DNA of 64,000 nt from contig OZ218950.1 of the NCBI GenBank assembly GCA_965112735.1, forward strand, positions 5,704,001 to 5,768,000, in the 5' to 3' direction. How positions within the stretch are numbered: position 1 is the stretch's first letter; each line of letters starts with the position of its first letter. The position numbers and the translations under genes are program-made. The notes under the pieces were generated by a model. It saw only the letters and a program-made list of their open reading frames with translations. It ran no database searches and was not told where the DNA came from. Below are positions 1 through 12,341 of this stretch, piece by piece. The stretch comes from Phaeosaccion multiseriatum (taxonomy: Eukaryota; Protista; Ochrophyta, other classes).

Positions 1-29
1 CCCCAGTCCCCCATCTCCATCTCACTGAC

Positions 30-1000
30 CTCCATGACGTGGTGCGGGCACTTGTCTCCGACGAGGCACGGCACACCCTTCTTAATAATGCCTGCCTTCT
101 GCCGAGCAATGAGCTCTATCGTGTGCCCCAGGATGTGTGTGTGCTCAAGCCTGTTGGTTTGGGAGTTGATTGTTGATTGACACAAGGGCGGTGGTGCTCT
201 CAGGGTTTCGCTCTTGCTTCCGGCTCCATCTTCCGCCTTAACGGCGACACAAACAAGAAGATGGACGGAAGGCTCACTCACCCAATGGTGGTGATGACCG
301 AGAGTGATGGCGTACAGATGTTGGTCGAATCTGTCTTTCCCCCGAGACCCGTCTCCAGCACCACCGTATCTGCTCTGCTGTCGGCGAAGAATACCATCGA
401 CAGGAGCGTTGTGAGTTCAAAGAACGTGGCAGGGATTTTCTCCCTCTCCATGACGTCAAGTACCTGAGCAACAGGGAAAAAGAGGGGGGGTGCACCAGCT
501 GGCTGAGGTCGGCGGTCGACATGCCCACGCCCATGTCTTCTTCTCTCCCTTCTCACGGCACTTACGTGCGGCAGGAGTCGGTTGACCTTCTCCTCCGAGA
601 TCATGTTCCCGTCCACCTGCATTCTCTCCCGGAAGCATGCAATGTGAGGCGACACGAAGAGGCCCGTCTTGAGGCCGGCCAGCTGCAGCGTCTTGGACAC
701 CTTGAAGGCCACAGAGCCCTGCGGAAGGACCGAAACACATTGGCACTTTAGCGAGGCAGCAGAAGGCAGGCAGTAGTACCCACCAGGAGAGAGAAGACGG
801 ACCGCATGCGTGGTCAGCAGCCCATCTCCAAAATCATGTCGCACCTTTCCATTGGTGCCGGCCACATGCACCACCTTGAATGCGTCGAGTGGTCTCCCGA
901 GCGCTTCATGGAGCGCGATGGTGTTCGTGAGGCCGAGCTTGGCTGGGTGGTGGAGGTTGATTTGGTAGAGCCTGCGCACGAGCTTCTCATAGCGACTCAT
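30..1000 (-). CDS. FPGS: Folylpolyglutamate synthase / dihydrofolate synthase (5' part; gene continues beyond window start)
   Basis: Exons 1000-845, 718-566, 463-282 and 150-30 joined by GT-AG introns give VVHVAGTNGK|GS (P-loop), GLFVSPHI..FRERM, TFFE, VVLETGLGG..DSTN and [28 protein letters not shown], all FolC/FPGS hallmarks. Confidence 0.95.
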
Positions 1001-1273
1001 GGCCTCCCCAGGGAAATGACACTACCTCCCTGAAGCCCACCCCATCCCTCTGTCACAGCTCCTGCCGTCGCAGCCCCAACACAGCAACAGCAGAGGAGCC
1101 CAGAGAGATGCAGCTGAGGATCGAGGGACCATGGAAGAGAGGGGAGAAGGGAGATGCCAAGCAAGTGGACGTGTTCGAATCCAATCAGCCCCTTCTTTCA
1201 AAAATCACTTGCGATGTGTGGGAAAAGAGAGAGGCGGCAACCAGCGTGGAGCAGCGTTCGGGCGCATGGGATA

Positions 1274-2297
1274 ATGAAGCGCCCACGGCCGAAGTCTTGG
1301 CGGCGTCCTGGGCTTCTCGCGGTCGTCAGCAGCCTTCTGCTGCAGGGCCGACTTGAACGGCAGCTTTTTGTGTTTGGCGACTCACGCCCAGCAGATGGAG
1401 GGAGAGAGGGGGGAGCGGGTGGGGGCGGCAGTAGGAGGAATTCGGCGAAGCTCTCACACATTATAGCGCGCAGTACGTGGGTTCATCCTTCGGATCGAGA
1501 TGCGGGGAAGCGAGAGGACCAGTGCAGGGCGGAAGAGATGATTCGGGTAAGAAACGTCGTTGTGCCAATGCCCCACCCGGCCTCTCCCATTCTGAATCCC
1601 ATGCCCTTCCTTCTTCTGCTGTGTATTCCCTCTTGTCTTGGCTCTCAGCCCATGTAACCCCCGACGCCAACCCCGCTCCTCTCTCTTCCTCCCTTTCTTG
1701 CGCCTGCAGTTGGCCAAGAGGGATGCCGCTCTTGCAGCTGTGTCTCTGGAGCACCTTTCGTGTCCAGAGAAGTCCATCGTCAAGGGGTCGCGGCATCAGC
1801 TCCGGCCTCCGAAGCGTTCTCTATCGGGAGAAAGGCTCCCTGGAGAAGGGACAGGCTCGAGTGGGGGGCGGAGAAAGGAGAATGGAATGCTCTTCCTCAA
1901 CTGCGAAGTGAATGGGAAGCAAATGAAGGCGTTTGTGGACACCGGGGCTCAAGTCACGGTAATGTCGCAAAAGTGTGCCGAAGAAGCTGGTCTGATGCAC
2001 CTCGTCGACCGCCGCTTCTCGGGGAGAGCCGTGGGCGTGGGTACCGCCCAGATCATCGGCAGGATCCACGATGCCCACCTGCGCATCGGGACCACCTACC
2101 TCACCTGCTCCTTCTCGGTCATTGAGAACTACGACATTGAGCTGTTGGTGGGGCTGGACGTGCTGCGCAAGTACGAGTGCGAGATCAGCCTGTCCAACAA
2201 CAGCATGCGCTTCAACGCGGCCGGGCACGTCAAGGAGGTGGCCTTCCTGACCCGTATTGAGATGGAGCAGGACATTGCAGGAAGGAAGAAGCGCTGA
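1274..2297 (+). CDS. DDI1-type retropepsin-like aspartyl protease
   Basis: Exon to 1546 (GTAAG donor) joins in frame to exon 1710-2297. MLFLNCEVNG..KAFVDTGAQVTVMS..CAE..GL..LVDRRF.G.A.GVG...IIGRIH and LLVGLDVLRKY match the DDI1 RVP domain. Start codon uncertain (1154 or 1274). Confidence 0.85.
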
Positions 2298-2867
2298 GCA
2301 TCCAGAGCTCACTCCTCGTCACTGTACATACTTTTACTTTTGTACCCATCATCGTAAGGTTATATGTGCTCTTCTGAAGGCGTATCCAAATCTCCACAAG
2401 TGTATACATGGGCGTCTGAGGCAACTTGGGCTCTGACCTCCCTCTCCAAGGGGGGCTTAGGCGAATGATGCGCCCCCATGGTCTTGGCTGCTTGCTGGCC
2501 GAACCTCTTTTAAAAATATATTTTCTTACACACACTGTGGTATTTGGGGGGGGTGGATCCCTCACCGTCGGTCTGTATCTGGTGCATCTGATGCATTATC
2601 CGCTGCCGATAACCCTCTCTTATGTCTCCTCGCTTCTCCGTACACTCTCGCTCTCGTTCGTTCGTGTCCCCTCCAAATTTTTCGGTAAGTAGCTCTCGGT
2701 TGGAATAGAACTCGCGAACCGTGGGGAAAATCAGGCCCTCACCATTTAGGGGGTCTGAGCAACCTATTCAGCGAAGAGGAGCAAAGGAGCAGCGGCGCGC
2801 CTGTGCTCCAAGGGCGGCTGCCTTTATGCACCTGGGATAACGTGTGTGAGAGGTGCTTCCCGTGAAG

Positions 2868-5856
2868 ATGGAGCGCAGTGGGAGGAAAAGGAGGGCCCCT
2901 CCCTCCATCTCAAAACTGTTGCTCTCTGCCATCGGCCTGCTCAGCCTGCCACTGGAGAGCGATGGCCAGGGAGGTGCGTGGGTGGGCTGGACCAGAGAAG
3001 GGGGAGAGGAGGAGGAGGAGGAGGAAGAAGAGGGGACTGTGAGGTGGACCACTTACTGCTGCCCCATTTTTTGCTTGCTGCTGCCCTCTGTTTGCTCCGA
3101 ATTTTCACAACCCGGTCAAACCTGCCGCTTCCTCTGCAGCCTGCACCACAGACTGCTCCCTGCCGAGTGGCCACACAGCTTGGCTTCGACTCGCTGATCA
3201 GATGTGAGTGCTTTGCGCAGATTGCGCGCTGCTCTTATCCTTTGTTTTTTGTTTTTGTTTTTTCCCTTTCCAGACCTCGTTCTCTCCCCTCTCCCTTTCC
3301 GACACCATCTCACTTTCCCTCCCACTTGCTTCTCTCTACTCTCTCTCCCTCCCCACCATCCTCTGCGTCGCGAGTAGCGTGGTGTGCGACCCGCGCTGCA
3401 CAGATGTGTCCAACGACCCTTACGGCGGCTTGTGGTGCAATATTCACGGCCTAGGCGAACAGTGCCGCAGCTGCAGTACCACCAACTGCCGCGATGCTGG
3501 GAGCAGTCTGTGTGTACCCTGCACGGGGATGGGGGAGGATGTGGAGGACTCCCCGACGCCGACACCAGCCACTGGGGGTGACGATGAAGGCAGCCCCTAT
3601 TGCTTCGACCGTTGCAGTGCGGCGATGCCTTGCTACCAGGATGATGAGGGCTGCCCGGGGTTGGGCTGCGGTGTGGGTGGCTTTGCCAATTGCCGCTTTT
3701 GTGGATTCACGATTGGCACCACTACATACCCCGCTTGCGACGAAAGCAATAGTGGCGCTCCCACGCCGACGCCGGCTGCGCCGGGCGTTTGTGAGTGCCA
3801 GACGAACGCCAGGGAGCAGGCGTGGCTGGACTCCAGAGGATTGATCTTGGCCTGCGATGAAGGGTGCAACAACACTCCTCTGGACCCTTACGGCGGGCTG
3901 TGGTGCAATTACCTGGGCCTGGGCCAACGGTGCAGAGCCTGCGCTACGAATAACTGTGACGTCGTTGAGACGATCGATGGCGTGTGCGTGCCTTGTGATG
4001 CTGTGGGCGGCGCCCCTACCTCTAGCCCATCAGCCGGTCCCACCCCATCGCCCAATGCAACAACAGCACCAACAGGCGAGGGGGGTGGCAGCACCCCATC
4101 CCCAGCAGCCGCGACTCCCTCGCCAGTGGAAGACGGGGGCGGAGGCACAGCTGCTCCTGATGGAGCCACGCCTTCCCCTGATGAAGCTACACCAGCCCCG
4201 TCAGTGATAGGAGGTGTTACCCCTTCCCCTGACGGAGCCACACCTTCGCCTGATTCAGCTACCACTTCGCCTGATGGAGCCACACCTTCACCTGATTCAG
4301 CTACCACTTCCCCTGATGGAGCCACACCTTCGCCTGATTCAGCTACCACTTCGCCTGATGGAGCCACACCTTCACCTGATTCAGCTACCACTTCCCCTGA
4401 TGGAGCCACACCTTCACCTGATTCAGCTACCACTTCCCCTGATGGAGCCACACCTTCACCTGATTCAGCTACCACTTCGCCTGATGGAGTTACGCCGTCT
4501 CCATCAGCAGTAGACGACTCTACCCAATCCCCTGACGGAGTGACTTTCTCGCCTGAGGCAGCTACCACTTCCCCTGATGGAGCCACACCTTCACCTGATT
4601 CAGCTACCACTTCGCCTGATGGAGCCACACCTTCACCTGATTCAGCTACCACTTCCCCTGATGGAGCCACACCTTCGCCTGATGGAGTTACGCCGTCTCC
4701 ATCACCAGTAGCCTCTACCCAATCCCCTGATGGAGCCACACCTTCCCCTGACGAAGCTACCCCTTCGCCTACAGGAAACAGGGGAGTGTTGACTCCCTCA
4801 CCCGTAGATGAGGCTACCCCGTCGCCGGAGACATTGGAGGCGACACCGGCACCATCAAGAGAGGGCTTCTCCCCCTCCCCCCCAGGCACTGCTGTGCTGA
4901 GGGGTGTGACGTCAATTGATAACGTGCCCCGTCAGAGCGAAGAAGAGTTCAGGACTGCCTTGGCAAGGTCCCTCTCATCTGCGCTTGGTCTGGAGGGAGA
5001 TGATGCGGTGGAGATTGAGAGCGTCGATTTCTTTTTCCCTGACGGCTCACGCGGGGACTGCGACATTTCGCAACAGTCCTGCAATGCACGGGCAGTCTAT
5101 CTGGTTCCCCTCGCCTCCGCGGAAGCGAGGAGGAGAAGGAGAAAGCTGCAGTCCGGTTCACCGGGGGCGGAAATGGCGGCGCGTGTCATTGATGCGATGG
5201 TTCAAGTGGACAACTACGACCTAGTATCGGAGGGAATGGGTGTGGCGTCGAACGATGTGAGCGTGAGCGGCTTGTCGTACAACCACAACGACAACGACCC
5301 TATGGTGGTGAATGACGATGATGGAAACGGCGTGACTGGAGTGCTGGATACGAACGGCACTCAGGCTGTGAAAAAGCGTTACTGGATCTTTTTTCTCGTG
5401 GCCGCGATACTATTTGCGCTCTGGGCCGTTGTCACGTTCAAGAGCTACCGAAAGGTGAAGGACGAGGGCTGGTTGCTCAGCCCATCTGAGCGGGAGAGGC
5501 TGGAGCGCGAGAGGATGCGAGAGGCGAGGGCAGAGGTGGAAGAGATGGTGGGGACCATGGTGGAGGAGACGGGGGGGCAGCAGCAAGGAGAGGATAAGGT
5601 GGGGCTGGAGGGAGAAGTGCTAGTGGGGGGCGGGGGAGGGTTTGATGGATTACAGTCAGCAGCCGACAGGGCTCAACAGCAGCAAGAGCGGGACATGGAC
5701 CCGAGAGAGAGGACGAGATCGAGGACGGGCACAGGGGGCAGCGACATTGCTTACGGAGGACCAGACGCGCGTCATGGAAGGGGGATCATGGATCAAAGCG
5801 ACTTTGGCCGCAAGAAGATGACCTACGCACACCACTTCCAGAGAAACGACTCTTGA
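2868..5856 (+). CDS. Type I membrane protein with Cys-rich repeats, Ser/Thr/Pro mucin-like stalk and single TM helix (adhesin/surface glycoprotein-like)
   Basis: Long open exon 3378-5856, plus a small upstream exon ending at 3203 that completes the first Cys repeat (AWLRLADQI|VVCDPRC). Hydrophobic N-terminus at 2868 (LLLSAIGLLSL), two DPYGGLWCN..GLG..CR.C repeats, SPDGATPSPDSATT repeats and TM YWIFFLVAAILFALWAVVTF. 5' structure uncertain. Confidence 0.75.
4222..4770 (+). repeat. Coding 42-bp tandem repeat (SPDSATTSPDGATP units) in two arrays
   Basis: Unit tcacctgattcagctaccacttcccctgatggagccacacct repeated near-identically, interrupted once by SPSAVDDSTQ. Confidence 0.95.
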
Positions 5857-6454
5857 TGTATGGATTTGTACCTACAAGTAATGTTCCCAAGATTTTTTTG
5901 TTACCATCTCTCTCCCTCCCTTTCTTTTCTGTGGATTCTTCTCTGCCAACGTATCGTAGAGTCAGGAGAGGAAGCCCGCCTCCATTCCAGGGGCTGAGCT
6001 TGCTGTCACCCCCCCTCAAGGGCGTGTCTCTCCAAGGCGGTGCTGCAGAGCGGTTGGTTCTCCTCTCAGGGCCATTCCTCCTCCCGCTCCCCGCGCTGGC
6101 GACGACCGAAGCACTTCTCACCAAGTTAGCGGGGGCGACTCTCGCTTGGTGACAGTTTGTGACGGGAGAAGAGGCAACAGAGAGACAACACAGAGAGGGC
6201 GAGGACCGACTCCTCTCAGACCCCATGCCGCACACGCGCTCATGCAGGGTACGGCGGGATGACTTGGCCCCGAGCGAGTGGGCGAGTGACGAGTCTTGAC
6301 GAGCTATCGAGAGGAAGGCTCTTCCTCTGATCCTGAGGCTCTGTCGACCTCCTTGCAGTCCGAGACACGGCTCTCACTGTGCACAGACAGGGCTTGGCGC
6401 CTCTGCTACTCAGCTCCACTACCAAGATGATCTCCACTCCGCGAGAGTGTCCTC

Positions 6455-6498
<44 letters not shown>

Positions 6499-6664
6499 CT
6501 TTGGGTTCTGAGAGAGCAAGCAAGCAAACTTCCTTCTCAATCAGCCCCCAACCCAACAGCCCCGAGCAGCTCTTCTCGTCGTCGCTGCATGTTCCTGTCC
6601 TGCATAGCGCCACCCCCTGCACTCGCGGGCCCGAGAGACGCGCGGGCTTCATTCTTCTCTTGGT

Positions 6665-6698
<34 letters not shown>

Positions 6699-6702
<4 letters not shown>

Positions 6703-9053
6703 GTCTTACTGAGCGCGTGACTCGCCGTGAAGTTGGCCGCAGTGAGCGCTGCATTGCCCCGTGTATGGAACTCGAAGGCGTGCCTGCAAATACCGCATAG
6801 ATTCTCCCGCACAGCGTCGGACTTGAACCCGGGGCACTCGTCGCAGATGCTGCAGAGCTTAACCTTGTTGGCCAGCTCGTCTGCCGCCTTGTTCTGCTCG
6901 TCCTTGAGCTCTGAGGCGTATGACTTGCGCAGGCCGAGGAGGCGCTCCTCCTCGGCGGCGTGAAGGGCGATGGTTTCTGCCTCGAGCCTCATCTCCTCGT
7001 CGAGCCGATCGGCCTCCTCCAGCACGGGCCCCTCGTACGGGTAGGTTGCCACGAGGGTGAACTCCTGTTGTCGTAGCGTGTTCCATCGTAGGTACGCGTA
7101 GCATCACAGAACCAGAGAACCACAAGCCATACGTGCGCAACAAGGGTCATTCGTAAGGATGGAGTGGAGGAATGACTTGTACTCGCTCACAGTCTCCCCA
7201 CAAACGAACAAGGAAAGGTACTGAACTGACGGACGGACCTTTCCGCATGACACGCTCCGAGGCAGGCCCCTGCCAACCCCGTCCACCAGAGCCCCGAAAC
7301 CGCCCACGTGCCCCGGGTCGGGCGTGAAGGGCTTGTCTCCGGGCACCGAGCGACCCAAGCAGCCGTGCTTGTTGCTGCCCCACGTGTATAGCTCGCCCTC
7401 CGCGGTGACTACGGCGTTGTGGAAGGGCCCGCAGTGGATGGAGGCGGCGATTTGCTGCGTCTTGAGGAAGCCCTGCACGAGGGCGGGCTTGGTAGACACT
7501 TGAATGTCGTTCTGCGCCTGTGGGAGGTGGCAGAGCGGGAGGGAGGGAGGGAGGGAGGGAGGGAGGGAGGGAGGGAGGGAGAGGGCGGGAAGGGAGGAGG
7601 GGAGACAGTAAGAAGGAAATAAGGAAGAACCAAGGGGGGGCGATCGTTTGGTCGAAAGTTCGAGTGAACCACACATCGAGGGGGCAAGAAGAGATGGGTG
7701 TGATCCCCTGCCCCCCCCCCAACTCACCAGCTGTCCGTGGTAGCCCGACCCCCACGTGTACACGTATCCCCCGCCCACAAGCGGCGGCACCATGACAATG
7801 GCAGCCGAGTGGTATGTGCTCGCTGCGATGCTCATGACGTACATGCCATGGAAGCCGTCCACAATGTCGGGCATGTCTCTGTCCTTAAAGTCTCCATGGC
7901 CGAGCACTCCTCCCGCCCCGCAGCCCCAGGACCAGAGGCCCGTGTTGGTGAGGGCGAGTGTGTAGTTGGGTCCGCAGGAGATGTCACGCACAAACTCTCG
8001 GGCGAATCTGTTGAGCAGCATGGGGGTGGGGAAGAAGTGCCGCTCCTTCTCCTCCACATTGACTCTCTCCGAAGTGCCAATGCCCAGCCGACCGTTCTCC
8101 CCGTGGCCCCAGGCATACACCCCTCCTCGGGTGGTCACGACGAAGGAACTGTTCTCCCCGCAGCCCACCTCGAAGCAGGCGTCGCCGTCCTGGAGGCTGT
8201 TGAGCATGCCAGGCAAGTCGTAACTGTTGAAGTTGCCCAGGCCCAACTGACCGGAGTCGCCTCGACCCCACACGTAGCAGTCACCCCCCTGACTGACCGC
8301 CACAGCATGGCCCGCCCCGATGCCTATCTTGATGATCTCCTCTCCGATGAGTTCTCTGATTGGTTTGGGCTCGAGGTACTGTTGCATGTCATCTGAGTCC
8401 TCCAGGTCAATCGTCACTCCACACGGCCCCACGCCTTTGCCCCCCCACATTAACACGTCGTGGTCTTCCGTGATAGCGCATGCGATGTCGTAGCCGCAAC
8501 TCACTCGACAAACCCCCGCCCCTCGTGTTAGTGGTACCACCGTGAAGTACGGCCGATGCTCGATGTCTCCCTGTTCGTGGTGACAAGGAGACGTGATCAA
8601 CAAAGAATTAAAGACAAAAAAACGACTTGGAGGCTGCTGCGCCAGAGGAATGTGTAGTGACGTTTAACACCCCCCCCCCCCGCGTCTCAAACTTACCATG
8701 CCCAGCTGTCCACTACTCCCCGTGCCCACCCCGTAGACGCTTCCTCTCTCCTCCAGGTCGGCATTCAGCTCAAACTCGGCGACCTCCGCGTCGGCGTGCG
8801 CCTTCACCTGGTCCTCCAGCACGGACTTCTCCAGCCGCTTGAACAGCTCCCTCTTGTTTCCTGTGCCCGATAGATCACGCGCTTCCAAGTGGTTCCTGAG
8901 CTCATGCCTTGTCAGCGTGTGAAGGTCCACTTGCCCCAGGACCTTCATGGTGCCCCACTCCACGTCCGACGCCATCGTACCGGCTCCCGACACGGAGCTA
9001 TCGTCATCTCTGTTCTTGGCACGAAGCGTGTTCACCAGCTTGATAGCAGCCAT
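6699..9053 (-). CDS. SAP-domain + RCC1-repeat protein with C-terminal Cys/His motif
   Basis: Exons 9053-8697, 8570-7728, 7517-7239 and 7064-6699 join in frame. SAP-like LTRHELRNHLEARDLSGTGNKRELFKRL; multiple RCC1 repeats (YVWGRGDSGQLG, YAWGHGENGRLG, YTWGSNKHGCLG); C-terminal CSICDECPGF...CGICRH. Confidence 0.9.
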
Positions 9054-10756
9054 TTCTTTGCCTCACTTGTTTGCCACGACGCTCTAATGTGTTCAGTATC
9101 ACTGCTTCACCCAAAGGTTGCACCCAAAGCGAGAGCCCTCATTTCAAGCGCAATTTGTGAGACATTAGGAGTGTCCATTTACGAAGCAGAGGGAGTGCTT
9201 CCCTCTTTTCAACTTTCAACTTTCTTCTGTCCTTTGGGCGGTTGAGACCAGTTTCAGTTTCAGTTGAGACCCAGTTTCAGTTTCCTTTTTTCTCCTTTTT
9301 CCTTTCTCTCCTTTCCCCCTCGCTAATGTGTGTGTGCTATTCCAAAAAACACACAGTCCTCTGAGGTGGAGAGTACTCCTACACCGCTATTTGCGCCTCC
9401 GCCCACCTAGAACTGTTGGAGACTCCGGGGGCGATTTGTGGAAAGCGCAAATTTTTCCACGTATCCCCCCCCACGCGTGGAGAGAAGCAACGAAGCTTGC
9501 CAATGGTTCCCAGAGATTCTTCTTCGAGACTGTCTCTTCCCCCCCTCCCACCTGAGCCCCCGAGGCACCGTGGAGGCCGAGCGAGAGGAGGGGGAGAAGG
9601 GTGGAAGAGTGCGGAGAGGAGGGAGAAAAGGGAGATGTGAAAGGGGAAAGAGGGGGGGCGTCTGTGAAAGAGGGGGGGCGTCTGTGAGAAGGGGGGAGAG
9701 GAGGAATGAACAGAGGGGAGCGGAGGGTGCTTTCCGTGACGACATGGTAGAACAACCCTCTTCGGGCCCTTCGGGCTGGGAAGAGAGCTCTTCCCAGTCT
9801 TTATCAAGCAGGAAGTATCCGCCCCTGACGCGGTGCCTGCCAATGATGCCAATGCTCTCGCTAGGTAGCTCTCCTCACAGCCGGGGGGTGGGCTGGCCCG
9901 GCGGATCAAGAGGGGCATCAGGGTATAGGACTCCCGTGCCCAGCGTGCGGCCATCACTAGAGGCCCAAGGGTGCGCGTGCCACCGCAGTGTGTACCCTCA
10001 CACACGCCCCAATAAACGACGGTTTTCACTTCTCTATTTTAGTAAGTGACTTTTTCTTTCTTCCCGCCCCCGTCTCCATCCTTCCTTCCTCCCTCCGCGT
10101 TTATTCATATCGTACACTCGTCTTCGCCAGGGCGCTTTGTAGGCCCTGTACTTTCGAGCCACGCCCAGCCTCTCTCCGATGACTCCCTTCCTCAATATAT
10201 TTGTATCCAATATCCAATCCCTTCTATTTTTCTACTGTACCTTGATGCTGATGATGACGCGTGGTTGCCTACCCTCTCACGAGTGCATGCCTGCAGCCAT
10301 CCTTCCCTCGTACCTCTTCCTTCGTCCCCCCCTTTATTCCCTCTTCCCTTCTATTTTCCCTTTTACTTACTGTAACTGTAACTGTAACTCCCCTTTCCCC
10401 CACGTGTCTACGTTCAGTGCGCCACTGAAATTAATTCAGTGGAGCTTTTCACCATAGCACCCGGCCTGTAGGCATGTATCTATCCTCTCTTTCTTTCCCT
10501 TCACCCGCCAGAACATGTTCCCCCCCGCCCCCAAAACCCATAGCGTACAATTACAATTACCTGCCCCCGAACAAAATTGGAAGGACCACCCCCGTGGCAG
10601 TCGATGGTGTGGGTGTGGGGAATGAATGGCAGCAAGATCGCTCTCACCCGCCCCTCCCCCCTCCCCCACCCCACCCCCCGGCGCTCCACTGTGGCTGGCA
10701 GCCCTCCCTCTCGGAGGCACCTCCCACTCCCCCCCCCCCCTGTGTATCTCGACTCT

Positions 10757-12079
10757 CTATGCGGGGCGTGTGGGCGTTGACTGCTTCTTCAGCCTGGCGG
10801 CCGCCCTCTCGCTCCGGGACGGTCTTCGGCGGGCGAGGAGAGCCATAGCCTTGAGCATAACCTTCTCGCGCTCCGACTTCCTCTCCTTCATCTGCTCTGG
10901 TGCCATGCCCGCCAGCTTGTCGAACATCTGATTCGTCTGACATGACTTGTCGAGGATCCGCCGACACACCAGCTTTCTAATGTGGAGCTTCTCGTGGTCC
11001 GTCTCTGGCCCTGCCCCTCCCATGCTCGTGGCCGGATACCCCAGCTCATCCAGCACCTGCAACTCGTACTTCTCCCACACCTCGTCCCACGTCATGCCTG
11101 TCCACGACCAGGACCCGTGCATCTTAAAGTGTCGGTACCCGTCATACACGCTCGCCATCAAGCGGGAAGGCAAGGCACACCTCTCCCGCGCATACAGGCG
11201 TGCAGCGTGCCTGGCCATGCTCGCGATTCGCGCCCGCTCCTCCAGCGTGAGGTCGCTGTTGGCGTCGTCAAACTGCAGGCTCACCGGGAGCAATTCGTGG
11301 TAGAATGTACGCGTCTCGTGGGCATTCAAGTCGCCCCACCAGTTCTTTCTCTGCCCATACACTTCCCGCATTCTCTCCACACTGGTCAGCGGCTTGGTGT
11401 CCAAAAGCACTGCCGCGTCCAGCTTTGTCTGCCTAGTGCGGTTGCTTGACGCTGTGGCCCCTTCTCCTGCTGGTGGTGCTGGTGATACTCCAGACAGATA
11501 GCCCCCCGCCTTGCCCTTCCGCCGCAAGGTGGTTTGCCCACCACTATGTAAGGCTCCCACGAACATCTACAGAGGGCAAGAAGAGAGTGGGGAGGGGAGT
11601 GGGAACAAGGAGAGGGTTAGGTCCAATGCAAAGCCCTCCTCCATTGAAGTGATAGGGTAATTCGATATTCTGTTGTTGTTGCTGTTGGCTCTCGCAAGAA
11701 TGCCGGTCGGCCTTCCCGCGTCAATGCAAGAGAGCAGAGCAGCCCATACTAACCCTACAGATCCCATCTCCCTCACAGCGCCTCCTCCCCCACCCCCCTT
11801 GTCGAAGTCCGAACCTCAACATTCAATCCTCACCTGGAGTCCCCTCCTGCTACCATCCTGGTCCCTTCGACTGCACTCAGTGCATGGCGAAAACGCCACC
11901 CCATTCCCTCTCCTCAAGCCCATCCCTGCACACAGTCCCTTCATGGCCCTGGCTTCTGCTTTGTTGACCAACTGCGAAGCCTCCTGCGATATGTGGATCG
12001 CAGACGGAGCTTGGACAAATGCGCTTGCCACCCAGCACAGCGCCGCCATGACAAACAGCAGGATCAAAGGGAACAACAT
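10757..12079 (-). CDS. Putative plastid-targeted protein of unknown function
   Basis: Exon 12079-11834 (MLFPLILLFVMAALCWVASAF: signal peptide + ASAF motif) splices in phase 0 to exon 11566-10757 via a GT-AG intron with a CTAAC branch-like site. Globular core RKNWWGDLNAHETRTFYHELLP...AARLYARERC. Confidence 0.75.
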
Positions 12080-12341
12080 CTTCCCCCAACACACACAACA
12101 GTGTAGCAAGGAGCCTTGTGGAGATGAAGGGTGCTTGTGTGCGGGCTCCTCTTGCCCTCTTCCCCGTTGTGACGACTTATGTGATGGCACCCCAAATCAC
12201 CCCCATAGAAACCCTCTGACCCCCGGGGGGACGCCTCCGAGAGGCCTCCGGTGTGTCCCAGAAGGTGATCACAGATGGCGTCCTCTTCAACTCGCGATTC
12301 GGGCAGCTGGCGGGTACATCAAGAAACTTAATTAGAGCATC

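Noticed and set aside
1638-2297. LTR-retrotransposon protease
   Set aside because: It has DDI1-specific flanking motifs and an intron, and there is no gag, RT, integrase or LTR nearby.
2430-2760. MITE with short terminal inverted repeats
   Set aside because: Only about a 10/12 match with no target-site duplication, which is within chance.
3909-4889. 326-aa antisense ORF
   Set aside because: It is the shadow of the coding repeat on the plus strand.
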